Source of the DNA: Oopsacas minuta
Lineage: Eukaryota > Animalia > Porifera
Length of the DNA stretch: 64,000 nt
Assembly: GCA_024704765.1 (NCBI GenBank)
Contig: JAKMXF010000277.1
Span: 475,706 to 539,705, forward strand
Direction of reading: 5' to 3'
Part shown: positions 53,005 to 64,000 of the stretch, in pieces
Layout of the letters: every line of letters begins with the position of its first letter
How positions within the stretch are numbered: the stretch's first letter is position 1
Position numbers and translations under genes: made by a program
The notes under the pieces: generated by a model
Seen by the model: the letters and a program-made list of their open reading frames with translations, nothing else
Told to the model about the DNA's origin: nothing
The model's database searches: none

Positions 53005-53810
53005 GGCCTACTATATACACGGCTAGTTAAGCAAAGAATTGCCAAAATAATTTCCAGGCCAGTGATTATACTGTTTGATCATGAAGAATTGTAGTATCAT
53101 TACAAATTCAACTGTAAATAGGATTCCACATATGGCGGAGACATCTAGAATACTTTTGAACCTGCTTTCCAAGTTATTTTAACCGCAATGACGCAATCTA
53201 AGTTCATGCCCTTATATGGGTATTTTGTTGATTTTTGTCAATTTTTTCAGAAATTCTCAAACTAAACTAACCCGTTTTATCAAAATACCTTCTACTTGTT
53301 AAATGTTAGTTTAAGTAACCAAAAGATGATCTTCATTTTCATAAACACTCGTTAAATAATCATTTTAGTGATATTCGCCATAAAATAACATTAAAAAGTA
53401 AACCCTAGAAAATCGAATAAATTCCATCAAAAATGTATGCCAACACAAAATAAGTTATAATTGTTAACCACTTTATAAGTATATTGAATAGTCTTTCTAT
53501 TGTGTTTTTGTGCTAAGTTAATACGAATCATGATTCATTTCATGGGATTTGTGGGTATTTCGATAATATTGGTATTTATTAGTAAAATAGTTACTATCAT
53601 TGAAGGTGAACGTTGATTACATCATTGTGGTTAAAATAACTTGGAAAGCAGGTTCAAAAGTATTCTAGATTTCTCTGCCATATGTGGAAACCTATATACA
53701 GTTGAATTTGTAATGATACTGCAATTCTTCATGATCAAACAGGGTATAATCAATGGCCTGGATATTATTTTGGCAATTCTTTGCTTAGCTAGCCGTGTAT
53801 ATAGTAGGCC
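53005..53810. mobile_element. MITE with ~195-bp TIRs, ISL2EU/Harbinger-like ends
   Basis: GGCCTACTATATACACGGCTAG...CTAGCCGTGTATATAGTAGGCC flanked by AT on both sides. GG..CC termini with an AT TSD fit ISL2EU. Confidence 0.8.
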
Positions 53811-54553
53811 ATGGATCACTTGATATTAATCTGGAATCGGGGATGCAGTAGTAATCGTTTATCAGAGCTTGAAAAATGGTGCATTTTTAACAACATTTTT
53901 CCCTTCTGACCAAACAGATCAAGTCATTTCGAACTGATTATAGTTGGATAATATGGCATTTGTGAATAATTGACCATCAATTATATATTTATTCTAGCCA
54001 AAAATGTACCGATTTTGTTTTATCGATAAAATTAAAATTGCATGTCATATTTAATAGACTTGAAGTATTCAATGGTCCTTGAAATTCTAGACAGTGGATA
54101 GGCTTTAGTTTCTTAGCCTGTGTGCACTACATATTTGTAGAACAACAAATTACTAACACTATAAGCTAAAAATTTAGGGTATGCGGGAAAATGGATATGC
54201 CATAATTTTGGTAGTATTTTATATATTGTAATTGGCAAATGTATTGTGTTTTAGGTCATAAATTTGTACTATTGAATTATTTTTGGCAAATATATCGATT
54301 TACTCTTGCAATGATTCAGAGCTTGTATTATTTGGGGGCACATACTGCATGTTCTCGGCAAGAAATAAATAACCAGTCGGTTTTGGTAGCTAATTATTTT
54401 GATAATAAATTGATGAATCGTTTGCAACCATTAGTATTAGTAATAACATTTAGAAAATCAATTTAACAACTTAGGCAACTGTGTATTTAATGCTAATCCA
54501 AGAAGTGGCAGTATAAATTTCACAATGATTAATGCCAACGTAATGAAATATAC

Positions 54554-55576
54554 CTGAATAATAACATGATCAGGAGAATCTAAAACAGAATGATTAAATT
54601 CAAACTCTTCTAAACCAGTACATTCGCAAAATATTTCCATAAATAAAGACCATATTTGTACAATATCCATATCAAGCTGTAATTTAGCTACGAAGAAAAT
54701 TTGCAGAGGAATCTGTGAACAAATATTTGAAGTAGCAGCTCCCAAAAATGCATCGAAAGATTCAGCCTCTAATATTTTGAGAATACTGGCGACAGATTGT
54801 TGAACATTAGATACTATATCAGAAGAAGAATAAAGTATTCTTCCATAAAACAGGTTTATACCGTTGAAATTAAACAGTTCAATTTTAGAAGAAATTAGTT
54901 TTTCAGGCATATCGTTAGTATAGCAATAATCTGAAAATTTGTATGCTTGATTCAATATTGCGTTGAAATCAAATTCGGAAATAATTGAAGAAACTTTTGA
55001 AAGTATATCAGTTTCCAACCCAAAAATATGTTGATTGTTATTTATAATATGCGAAAGAGACAGAGTTATCATCTTGCAAACAAGGGATTCCTGAAGTGTA
55101 GAATCAGAAAGAATAATAGTAGATAGATGAAGTAAAAATTTGGGATTCTGTAGGGGAAATTCGAGAAGGGGATCAAATTTTTCTTGTACAATACTTTCAC
55201 CAAAGCGAATATTAAATAACTTAAGAGTGTCTGGAGAAATATCGATTTTGCCAATATAATTTCTGGGAAAAGAACTTAAAAAGATAAACTCGCGGAAATC
55301 GATCATGATCCGTGCCAATACGACTTTAGAAAAATTCTGAAATATTGGATCAGATGTATCAAACGAAAAAATGGGAATGTAAGTATATTTATCAGTGCTA
55401 ACTACTTGTATTTGCTTGAAAAAAACATAACACAAGGTAGAAACTATGTATTCAAAGTCTGATCTGCTAGGCGAAATAACAAAACAAAAATTTTCAGAGT
55501 CTGCAAACGTGAATTCAATCCCTTTATGTAAGATATTCTTCTTCCATAAAGTACAACTAGATATAATAGTTTCCAT
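54554..55576 (-). CDS. PRUNE2: PRUNE2-like gene, coding exon 1 (341 codons): degenerate DHH + DHHA2 'prune' domain
   Basis: Lies in ORF 54458-55639. From METIISSC (compare PRUNE1 MEDYLQGC), VISPSRSDFEYIVSTLCYVFF aligns without gaps to recalled PRUNE2 VIGPKSCDLDSLISTFTYAYF. YIPIFSF..LARIMI...FIF matches the VPVLNI..L.KV.I...LIF block, and GINLFYG..ESFDAFLG matches the DHHA2 GVKVAIS..SYDVLVA block. Phase-0 donor CAG|GTATAT at 54554/54553. An acceptor-like tract (tttttacatatttag) ends at 55597, just upstream of the ATG. Confidence 0.75.
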
Positions 55577-55827
55577 ATACAAGAAAATGAAATAATCTAA
55601 ATATGTAAAAAAGGGAGATTTGGCATACAAAATCCGCAAAGTAGAGCAAGTTACAAACTTGTGATATCCTGTGAATGTTGTATATTATATCTCAATGTGG
55701 CACGTGGATGTCATGTTGTTGAACTCAGAAGTTAAAATATCATGTTCATCTCTGAGAAGAAATGACAAAATTTTCATAACATGATAATGTGTTCGTAGTA
55801 ATGAATCTAGATTAGGGAACTTTTGAT

Positions 55828-56500
55828 GGGGTGCATGCATTTGCTAGAATTTAGAAGTAGTCATTTGTTAGAATTTCTACAGTTTGCACTTGTTAGAACG
55901 AGTTTTCATATTTGCACTTGTTAGAACGAGTTTTCATGCTTGCACTTGCCAGAATGGTTATTTTTGTATGTTTGCACTTGTTAGAATGGGGTTCCTTACT
56001 AATTGAATATGAATGAGTTTAATAGGGGGCGCATGCATTTGTTAGAATCAATTATTGAGGTAACCTTCACTTGTTAGAATCATTATAATAATGTCTTCTT
56101 TTGTCGCAATTTTCAAACGCTTCCTCATCTGTATGGATACAATAGTCCAATCAATTACCACACCCCTTATCCGAACGAGTGCACTCAAATGCTCATCTTG
56201 TCAACTCAAGCCAAGCTGGCTAGATAATCCATGAAAATGTCAATTCTAGCACACACACTAGCGTCACTTGTAAATACTCTCATCAACTCACAGCGTTGGA
56301 GTTGTGCATTCAAAACTACATCATGAATGAACCATTCTAACAAATGCAAACATATGAAAAAACCCATTCTAACAAGTGCAAACATATGAGAACAACCATT
56401 CTAACAAGTGCAAACATATGAAAAACTCATTCTAACTAGTGTAAATTGTAGAAATTCTAACAAATGACTACTTCAACATTCTAACAAATGCTGCGCCCCT
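55828..56500. mobile_element. foldback/MULE-like MITE with TTGCACTTGTTAGAA subterminal arrays
   Basis: Termini GGGGTGCA.GCATTTG / CAAATGCTGCGCCCCT, inverted tandem arrays, and an 8-bp TSD CTTTTGAT. A second internal GGGGCGCA start lies near 56025. Confidence 0.8.
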
Positions 56501-57279
56501 CTTTTGATAGCATCAGTACACAGACATCGTAAATATAGACATTTCACTGGATATAACCATGGATTACTTCAAGTACATGAAATTTGAGTTACAATCATGA
56601 TTTTCTCGATAATATCAAATTGATACATTTGGCTCGAATATATGTATTATCGATAGATAATAACACACACAGCCATGGGATCCAACTATTGCTAGTAGAA
56701 ATGACGTAATCTGTTCGGGGCTCTCAATCTGGATACCTTCCAAATCCTGAGATTCGTAAAAATCTCACGTTTCTATCGTGAGATGTGCAATTTGGTATTA
56801 GTAATCTATGATAAAATCAGGGATTTTGTAGTATCTGTAGACCCTAAATCGTGAGAGTTGAGGACCCTATCTGTTTGGTAAAAGTCAATGTGCAGATAAA
56901 ATTCCCTATTTTTAAAGCATTGATAAACGATCATTAGTGCGACTTCGATTCTAGAATTAATATCAAGTGATCTAAGGAAGTTTATACATAAAATGTGAAA
57001 CGTAATCTTGAATATGCCCATATTTGGTCATCAAGATTACGCAATAGGGCCTAGAGGTATCCTAACAAAATGTATTACAAGCGTATGGGCTGGACTGGTT
57101 TGACTAAAACTCTGGCGACAATCGAGTTATAATTGAATATTGGCCAAATAGAGAGTGTTTCAGCGATTGTTTGCGAAAATATTTTGAAATTACTATGTAA
57201 ATATTTTACTAATCATCTTCCCCATTCACGATGTTATTTAGCACCTTCTGACATTTGTGTGAGAGCAAAATGGATTAGC

Positions 57280-58400
57280 TAGATGACAAACAAAAAACGA
57301 TCAAGATTGTGGAGTTCTACCATAAAAATCAGTCCTATTAAAGAGCTCAACCGGAGTGGCGGAAGACATTCAAGTGCAGTTTTCATCAAGTTCTGACAAG
57401 GTGGCAGAACAAAAATGTTGTGGAATTGTTCCATAAAACTGGTGAGATAACTGATCAACGAAAAACAACTCTAGAGAGGTTCAAATACACACTGATGTCA
57501 ACAATAAGCGAGTGAGACAATCTGTAAGCCAAAGTCCACGAAAATCACCATCACAAGGGTCCACAAAACTTGGAAAAGTAAATTTTCTCTGTGGTGGATT
57601 ATGACCTAGGAGCTCAAACTATACCCTTACAAGATTCACACAAAGCAGTATCTGACTGACCTCCATAAACAGAAGAGGCTACAGATGTCCCAGGAGTTCA
57701 ACGATCGGATGGAAAGTGATGGAAGCTTGATCGGAAAAGTGTGGTTTTCTGACGAAGCCCATTTATACTTGAATGGCCTGATCAACAGGCAGGACTATAG
57801 GTTCTGGGGATAAGAAAACTCTCATTTAGACCTTCAAGAGAAGTCTCTACTAGTCCAAAGGTGACTGTTTGTTGTGCCCTGAGTGAAAAGGGGATCATCA
57901 GACCATAATGGTTCGAGGACAAGAAGGGTCAAACAACCACTGTTAATCAGTACAATTATCAAGAGGTTGTTGGTAAATTCCACCAAAGAATTGAGATCCA
58001 AACGACTTGGGGCTACCACTGCATGGTTTATGCAAGATAGAGTAACCTGCCACACTGCTATAAGTACCCGGGAGTACCTCAAAACCCTGTTTCGAGACCG
58101 CATCCTCAACGGGAAGACAGACTTCCCATGGTCGCCGAACTCACCAGATCTGAACCCTCTGGATTATTTTCTCAGGGGTTACTCTAAGGATAATGTGTAT
58201 AAAAACAACCCTCAAACTCTAGATGAACTGAAGACTGATGTTGAGAACTTCATCTCGACGATAACACGACTTACTTGCAAAAAAGTCATACAGAACTTTG
58301 CCCTACGCTTGAACATCGTCATCGTCAAAAACGGATCCCATATTGAGGATGTTTTGAAATATTTTACTTTTATTCCAACTGTTTGCTTAATTGTTTGTCA
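57280..58400 (+). pseudogene. Tc1/mariner DD41D (rosa/Visitor-type) transposase remnant
   Basis: VWFSDEAHF (~57738-57765), WFMQD and WSPNSPDLNPLDYF, with 41 residues between the second and third D. Frameshifted; TIRs not found. Confidence 0.85.
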
Positions 58401-58408
58401 TAAATGTC

Positions 58409-61270
58409 CAGGGCCGTCGAGAGCGCGAGCTGGCCCCCCTCTGATATTTTGTTCGTTATCGTGAAGTGAATAAACTAAACGCAAACTATCGCATTCGTAT
58501 TATATACAAATTAAAAAATTTCGTTAAATAAATCCTATTTACTCTTAGATTTTATGAATTTTCAAATAGCCTATAGCTATATAGCTATAGAGTTTATGAT
58601 GTTAAGTAGTATAATGAAAAACTAATATTACAAAGCTGATACTTCAAGAGTTATTGTAGTTAAGAACAGAAAAAAATACAAAAATTCACAGTCAGTGTAA
58701 TTAATAGAAAGCTTTGCGTGGCTTCTTCATAGCAAAATCATTGATTCCGTCTTGAAGTCAATCGCTTTGCAAGTTCAGCCTCGATGCTCAACATTGCGAG
58801 ATCGTTTAGTCTTCCCTGACTCATAGTGCTTCTCAGAAAGCTCTTGATGAGTTTCAACTTACTAAACGAACGTTCGGCGGAAGCAACGGTAACAGGCAAT
58901 GTGCAGAACATCCTCAATGCAGTACAGATATTGTAAAATATTTCATCTAACTTAAATTTTCTAATAGTGTTCAAAAGATTTAGAGGACCCAAAGATTCAT
59001 TCCAAAATTAGCAATATGGATGGCTTTAAGATTAATCACTTCTTCTCCCAAATCGTTTTGGGAGATACCATCAGGATACTTCTTTCCAAAGACTTCACAG
59101 GCCTGAATAATTTGGTCTTCCGATAAATTCATATATTGCCAAAGAAAGCTATAGAGATCATTGGTGCTGCTTGCGGAATCGTAGCGTTTTGTTAGACCTG
59201 TATACCAGAATCCACAATCACGTAAATACATTCTGCTTGAATGCAAGTTCCTCTTCGGTCTCAGCACTCTGATCATTTGCAGTTGATTCCGCCATTTCTT
59301 CATCTTGTGGTTTATTGTAAAGAGCTCTTTACTTTCTTTTGCGCTTGGTTGGAAATTCGGCTGGAATGTTCGCAGCATTGGCCACCAATGTACATTCACT
59401 TAAAATTAAAGGCCATTTCTCACGCAGCTCTTTTAAGTCTTTAAGCAGACTCTTTAAGTTGGGCACTTCAACATCGATTGTTGCTTCTCTTGCTTGGGGA
59501 TTTGATTTCTTTGGTCAATTGCCACTAGGACTTTTAACCATATGGAAGATATTACAACGCAGCTGAACGAAGACACGTACTTTATGGCTCCAATTACATT
59601 GTTGGTTGTCTTCGGAGTGAGGTTTAGAGATAGGAGCTGTTGTAGTGCCACTTTTGGGCCAGATAGATAAGCTTCGAATGGCCGCACACTAGCGACACGA
59701 TCTATCCATCTTGTTCCGGACAAGCCATGAAGAGAGCTTGCAATGTGGAGTTGTAGTATGTGCCATCGTTGGGGACTACTAGAGAAAAGGTTGTAGATTG
59801 TTTGAACCATTCCAAAATAGATGACAGCTTCAGTGCAGCTTTCAGCATAATCCGCTCCAAGCAGGTTTAATGAATTACCGCCACAAGGAGAGTATAAGCA
59901 TAAAGGATTGAAGGTAATCATATGCTTTTGAGCACCATTGTGTTTGCCAGACATATTTGCTGCATTGTCGTAGCCCTGTCCGCGATAATCAGAGATTGGC
60001 ATTCCATATCCTTCAAGAGTTTCAAGGATTAATTTGGCAATCTCGATCCCCGTTTTCTGCCAGCAATCAACGTAAGCCAGAAATCGTTCTTGGTCCATGT
60101 AACTCTCATTCTCTCTTATCAGGTACCTCAGGACGAATGTCGTTTGTTCTATGTGGCTAGCATCTGGGGTGGCAGCAACCATGATGGAGTAGTACTTTAG
60201 GCTCTCTCTTTCATCCAAAACGTATCTTCTAACATTAACAGCATAAATACTAATGAACTCATTTTGAGATTCTGGTGAAAGGTAATGAGCTTGTAATCAT
60301 TCCCTTTTTGTTGTGCAACTTTGACTTTACTGACGTGCTCTTCCAGTAGAGGGTCGTAATGCGCTGGGAGTTCGAACAAACCAAGAAAATTACCATTGTG
60401 GACGTCGCCTATCCTGAGCGATGATCCACGAAATGCAAGTCATTTCTCTCTGAGAAAATTACCGGGTCAATTATTCGTGTGAGCAACTTCTTCCATTTTG
60501 CAGCTTCAGGTAAAAGTTCTCTTCGAGGATGACATCTATGCCGGCATCATTTTCCAGGCGTATTTGGAGTTCATGCCAGTAAAAGTAGCACTTCTTATGT
60601 GAATAACTTTTCTCATGGTCAGGAAGTCTTTCCCATAATTTCTTCCACTTCTTCTCGGCACTCATCTACTACGAGATGCTAACGACGAATGTGTTGGATG
60701 ATCGATTTTATTGGAAAAAAGTTTACATGGAAACAATAAATTGCCACCTTTGTAAGGCTGAAAACGATCCAAATTCGACTACTTGTTTCACCATTTTGTT
60801 TCTTGACGTTGAGAACTGAGGTTGGAAATTTAGTACCAGCAACATCGCATGGAAATTGATTTAGATGAGGAACTTGACCAGCCATGACAATTTTTTCCAA
60901 ATCATTTGCTGTTGGTGATCCAGTCAAGGTCCCGAGGTCAAAACTGAATCGTACGATCGGCGTGATCATTGTATCATCCTCTCACAAGTGATCATTCGCA
61001 TTGAGATCTCATCTTCTGTAAGGGGTTTCTGATTCATATTGCTGTCGCCGTCAATGCTAACATCAGCCTCATCTTCTAGAACATCATCCGCGGCATGGTA
61101 AACACCAGAGTTGGTTAGTTCTACCTCTATTGCTTGCCTTCGTGGTTTAATAACGACATTTTGGGCGAGGATGTCTAGTGGCTCTTGTTCAAGCTCTAAT
61201 TCTGATCATAATTCGTTATCTATAAATACGCCAACATCAAACAAGGGATGAGAGCCTTTCTTTTCTTCCA
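58409..61270 (-). mobile_element. hAT element with TTF-finger/ZMYM1-like transposase pseudogene
   Basis: Terminus CAGGGCCG at 58409. TLPVTVASAERSFSKLKLIK, RGQGYDNAANMSG, SGTRW, FRGSSLRIGDVHNGNFLG (~60375-60435), and TTF-like RIWIVFSLTKVAIYCF. The opposite terminus was not found. Confidence 0.88.
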
Positions 61271-61539
61271 TCACACGTTGTTGCTAGTCTCGCCTTTATT
61301 GGCACCAGATTTATGTTGATAAGAGGACATCACAGGTTGTGACTTATTGTCTAAACAATCAAAGAAACAAAAAGTTGTTAGCCTATTTACGCGTGCCTGC
61401 CGTTTGGATCGAATCCCGTAAACTGGGTTAGTTATGGAAAAAAATTATAATTGATACAAAGTAAGTCAGGGACTGGGTTTCTGGGAAGGATTAAATAACA
61501 AAGGTATTACTCTGCCTTTCATATTTATTACTTTTCCGA

Positions 61540-62694
61540 GGCGCATAGTAAAGTTTTGCATGACGGACTTCAATACTGGTCTTGTTATCCTTCTGATAAC
61601 GGTTCTTATGTTAATCTTTAGTTCCACCAATGTCTGGAGTTGTTCTGCTATATCCTGTCTTTAATATAGCCCCACAGGAAAAAATCTGGGGGCTCAGGTC
61701 GGACGAATAAGGGGGCCACTCGATCTCACACTTGCGACTGATAATCCTGGACTTGAAGTGAACTCTAAGCCAATCCAGGGACTTTTGAGCTGCATTTGGA
61801 GAAGCACCGTCCTGTTGCAACTACATCTACTGCCAATTACTGGGAAAGAGACTTTTCAAGTCCTCCAACCTCTCTAGCATCACAATGTAGAGTTCAGTGT
61901 TGATGCTTGTCGTCACTCCATTCTCCTCGAAGAAATATGGGCCAATAATGCCCTTCTCAGAGAGAGCACACCAAACTGTGACCTTTGAGTGAAGAGGCTT
62001 GGTTATCACCTCGCTTGGTCTCTGAGAACCCCAATAGATGCTATTTTTGAGTTTACCGCCCCCTCAAGATAGCAATGAGCCTCATCGCTTGTCCACAGAA
62101 GCTGGAGAAAATTCTTTGTTTTTTCGATTTTGTCAGCCAAAACCCTTGCCATGACCAGCCTGTTCATCTTTGCAGCTCCCGTGAGCTTCTGATGGATGGT
62201 AATGCGATAGGGAAACAATTTTAGGTCTTCATTAATCGCTCTTACCATCGTAGAACGTGAGGAAGCTAGCTCTTGACACCGCCTTCTCGTCAATTTGTGT
62301 GGTGACTCTTGTACGGATTCTCGCAGGCGGTCGATAAACAACTCACCCCGATTCCTCTTTCGTCCTGAGTGACTATTTCGACCTGGGATTTTGAGTTAAG
62401 GTTCCTGGCTATCCCTTCTTTCCTAAACTTGGCTACCCACCTGATAATTAGTGATTTGTAGGGTGGTTTAACGGGGTTGAACTTGGTAACAACATCGCGT
62501 ATAGTTACATAGAAACAATTCGTCTCCATGTACATCTCAACAGCAAATGCTTTCAGTTCTACATTCCAATGAGAGTACTGCTTGGGCGTAGGAGTTGTAT
62601 TTGACATTTGCTATAACGGTATAAAGTTGATTGAAAAGTTGTACCGTGAGTGGTGCAAAACATGTACGGGTACACTTTTTTTTGGACCACCCTG
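61540..62694 (-). mobile_element. second DD41D-type Tc1/mariner remnant
   Basis: One TIR (CAGGGTGGTCCAAAA with TA) at 62694. LWTSDEAH, KVTVWCALS..GIIGPYFFE, QQDGA..WPPYSSDLSP. The other TIR is missing. Confidence 0.85.
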
Positions 62695-62837
62695 TAGACA
62701 TATAATCTGACGCCTTCTTGAAAATTTTAGCATTGATTAGTGTGAAATTAGATATTCTACTGATCTGCAAAACATTCATCCAGGCAAAAATGCGCCTTTC
62801 CTACAATAAAGAAAACATGATTATATATGCTTTCAGC

Positions 62838-63365
62838 GGGGCGCATTCTAGTCAGAATTTCGAAGTTGTCATTAGTCAGAATATCCCTAGTTGTCACAAG
62901 TCAGAATCTATTTTTCCGACTTCCTTCAGAAGTCCGAATCGATTTTCAGACTGTTGTCACAAGAGTAAAAACAAAACATCCATCGATCTGCCATTTTGCA
63001 AACCTTTCTAATAATTAGTCCAACCAAGTCCATCCAAACACAAAATTATTATGAAGTCCATAACCCCGCCCCTGGGTAGCATAATATCGAGTACAAATGA
63101 AAACTCTCAGATCCATAAGGTAGTGAACTAAATCCCTAATCCCCTCTCAAGGTACGAGTTTACAATTAATACAACAAAAATTTTTTCCGGGCCTCGTTTT
63201 GCCACGGGACATGTCGGAAACGTAGATTCCGACTTGTAACAACAGTCTGAAAATCGATTCTGACTTGTGACAACAATCTGAAAATCAATTCTGACTTGTG
63301 ACAACAGTCGGGAAAAAGATTCTGACTAATGACAACTTCGAAATTCTGACTAGCCCAACTTTCCC
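62838..63365. mobile_element. foldback/MULE-like MITE (copy 2 of the 13321-13791 family)
   Basis: CTAGTCAGAATTTCGAAGTTGTCATTAGTCAGAAT is inverted at both ends. 8-bp TSD CTTTCAGC. Confidence 0.85.
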
Positions 63366-63521
63366 CTTTCAGCTAATAGTGCATCCCTGGTACTTTTACT
63401 GCTAAGCCTTATATTTAGTAGGCTATGCATAAATTTAATAGACTTGGAAGTAATTCGTGGTACAGGAAAAACATGGTTAATGAACAGACTATAGTTAAAT
63501 AGGCTGTGATATTGGTATATA

Positions 63522-64000
63522 TTCGGCCGGATCGAGGAAAGTATACATCGTCGCTTCAACTTCTATCTAAGGCAAAAGTTGCCTTTACTCTTTTCTAGGA
63601 AATGCGAGACATAAATTTGAAAAATATTTCGAGTTGACCCTTGCGGTTTTATATTTTTGCTGTGTCACTTTCCCAAACTTGACTTTAAATTGTCCGAATT
63701 TTCTAATTCCTTTGACTTAGCCCCTTTAGATATATTATTTGGTAATAGTAAGTCGCATATTTGCTTTCGAATGGTGTATTAGGCTAATTTCTATGTCCAA
63801 AGATATTCAAGTTATCAAGATATTTTTGCATATTCTATCATACTCTAATAATATTTTCTACCCCCTTTTTTCCGAAGATTTGCAAATGCATAATTCTTAC
63901 AAAAAAATAGCTATATCCTCACCAAACTTAGTATAATTCTGTATCTAGATCCAAATTCATCAATAGATTACCACAAAGAAATTTTACCAACTATCCTCAT
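63522..64000 (+). mobile_element. left long TIR of another copy of the 44871-48076 family (cut by the window end)
   Basis: Colinear with 44871-45350 (CGGATCGAG.AAAGTATA.ATCGTCG.TTCAACTTCTA...). Confidence 0.85.

Noticed and set aside
55577-55639. First 21 codons of ORF 54458-55639
   Set aside because: They span an acceptor-like tract, and prune similarity starts at METIISSC.

Overview
AT-rich eukaryotic (probably invertebrate animal) genomic DNA made mostly of nested, decayed transposable elements. These include a Ty3/Gypsy pol remnant, a THAP/P-superfamily element, several hAT lineages, Tc1/mariner DD37D and DD41D elements, a pogo/Tigger, a Ginger2/KRBA2-like element, a Transib/RAG1-like fossil, Helentron-associated (HINE/DINE-like) elements and MITEs. 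Hidden among them on the minus strand is what appears to be one host gene that the ORF track breaks into four unrelated ORFs. It is a PRUNE2/BMCC1-like gene: a degenerate DHH/DHHA2 'prune' domain, a short linker, and a BCH/CRAL-TRIO domain. Four phase-compatible GT-AG exons (55576-54554, 36823-36512, 27083-26924, 12390-11882) give 2004 nt of CDS (667 aa) across 43.7 kb, split by introns of 17.7, 9.4 and 14.5 kb that are filled with TEs. No rRNA, tRNA or CRISPR array was found. Protein family calls come from motif recognition against remembered reference sequences, not from database searches.
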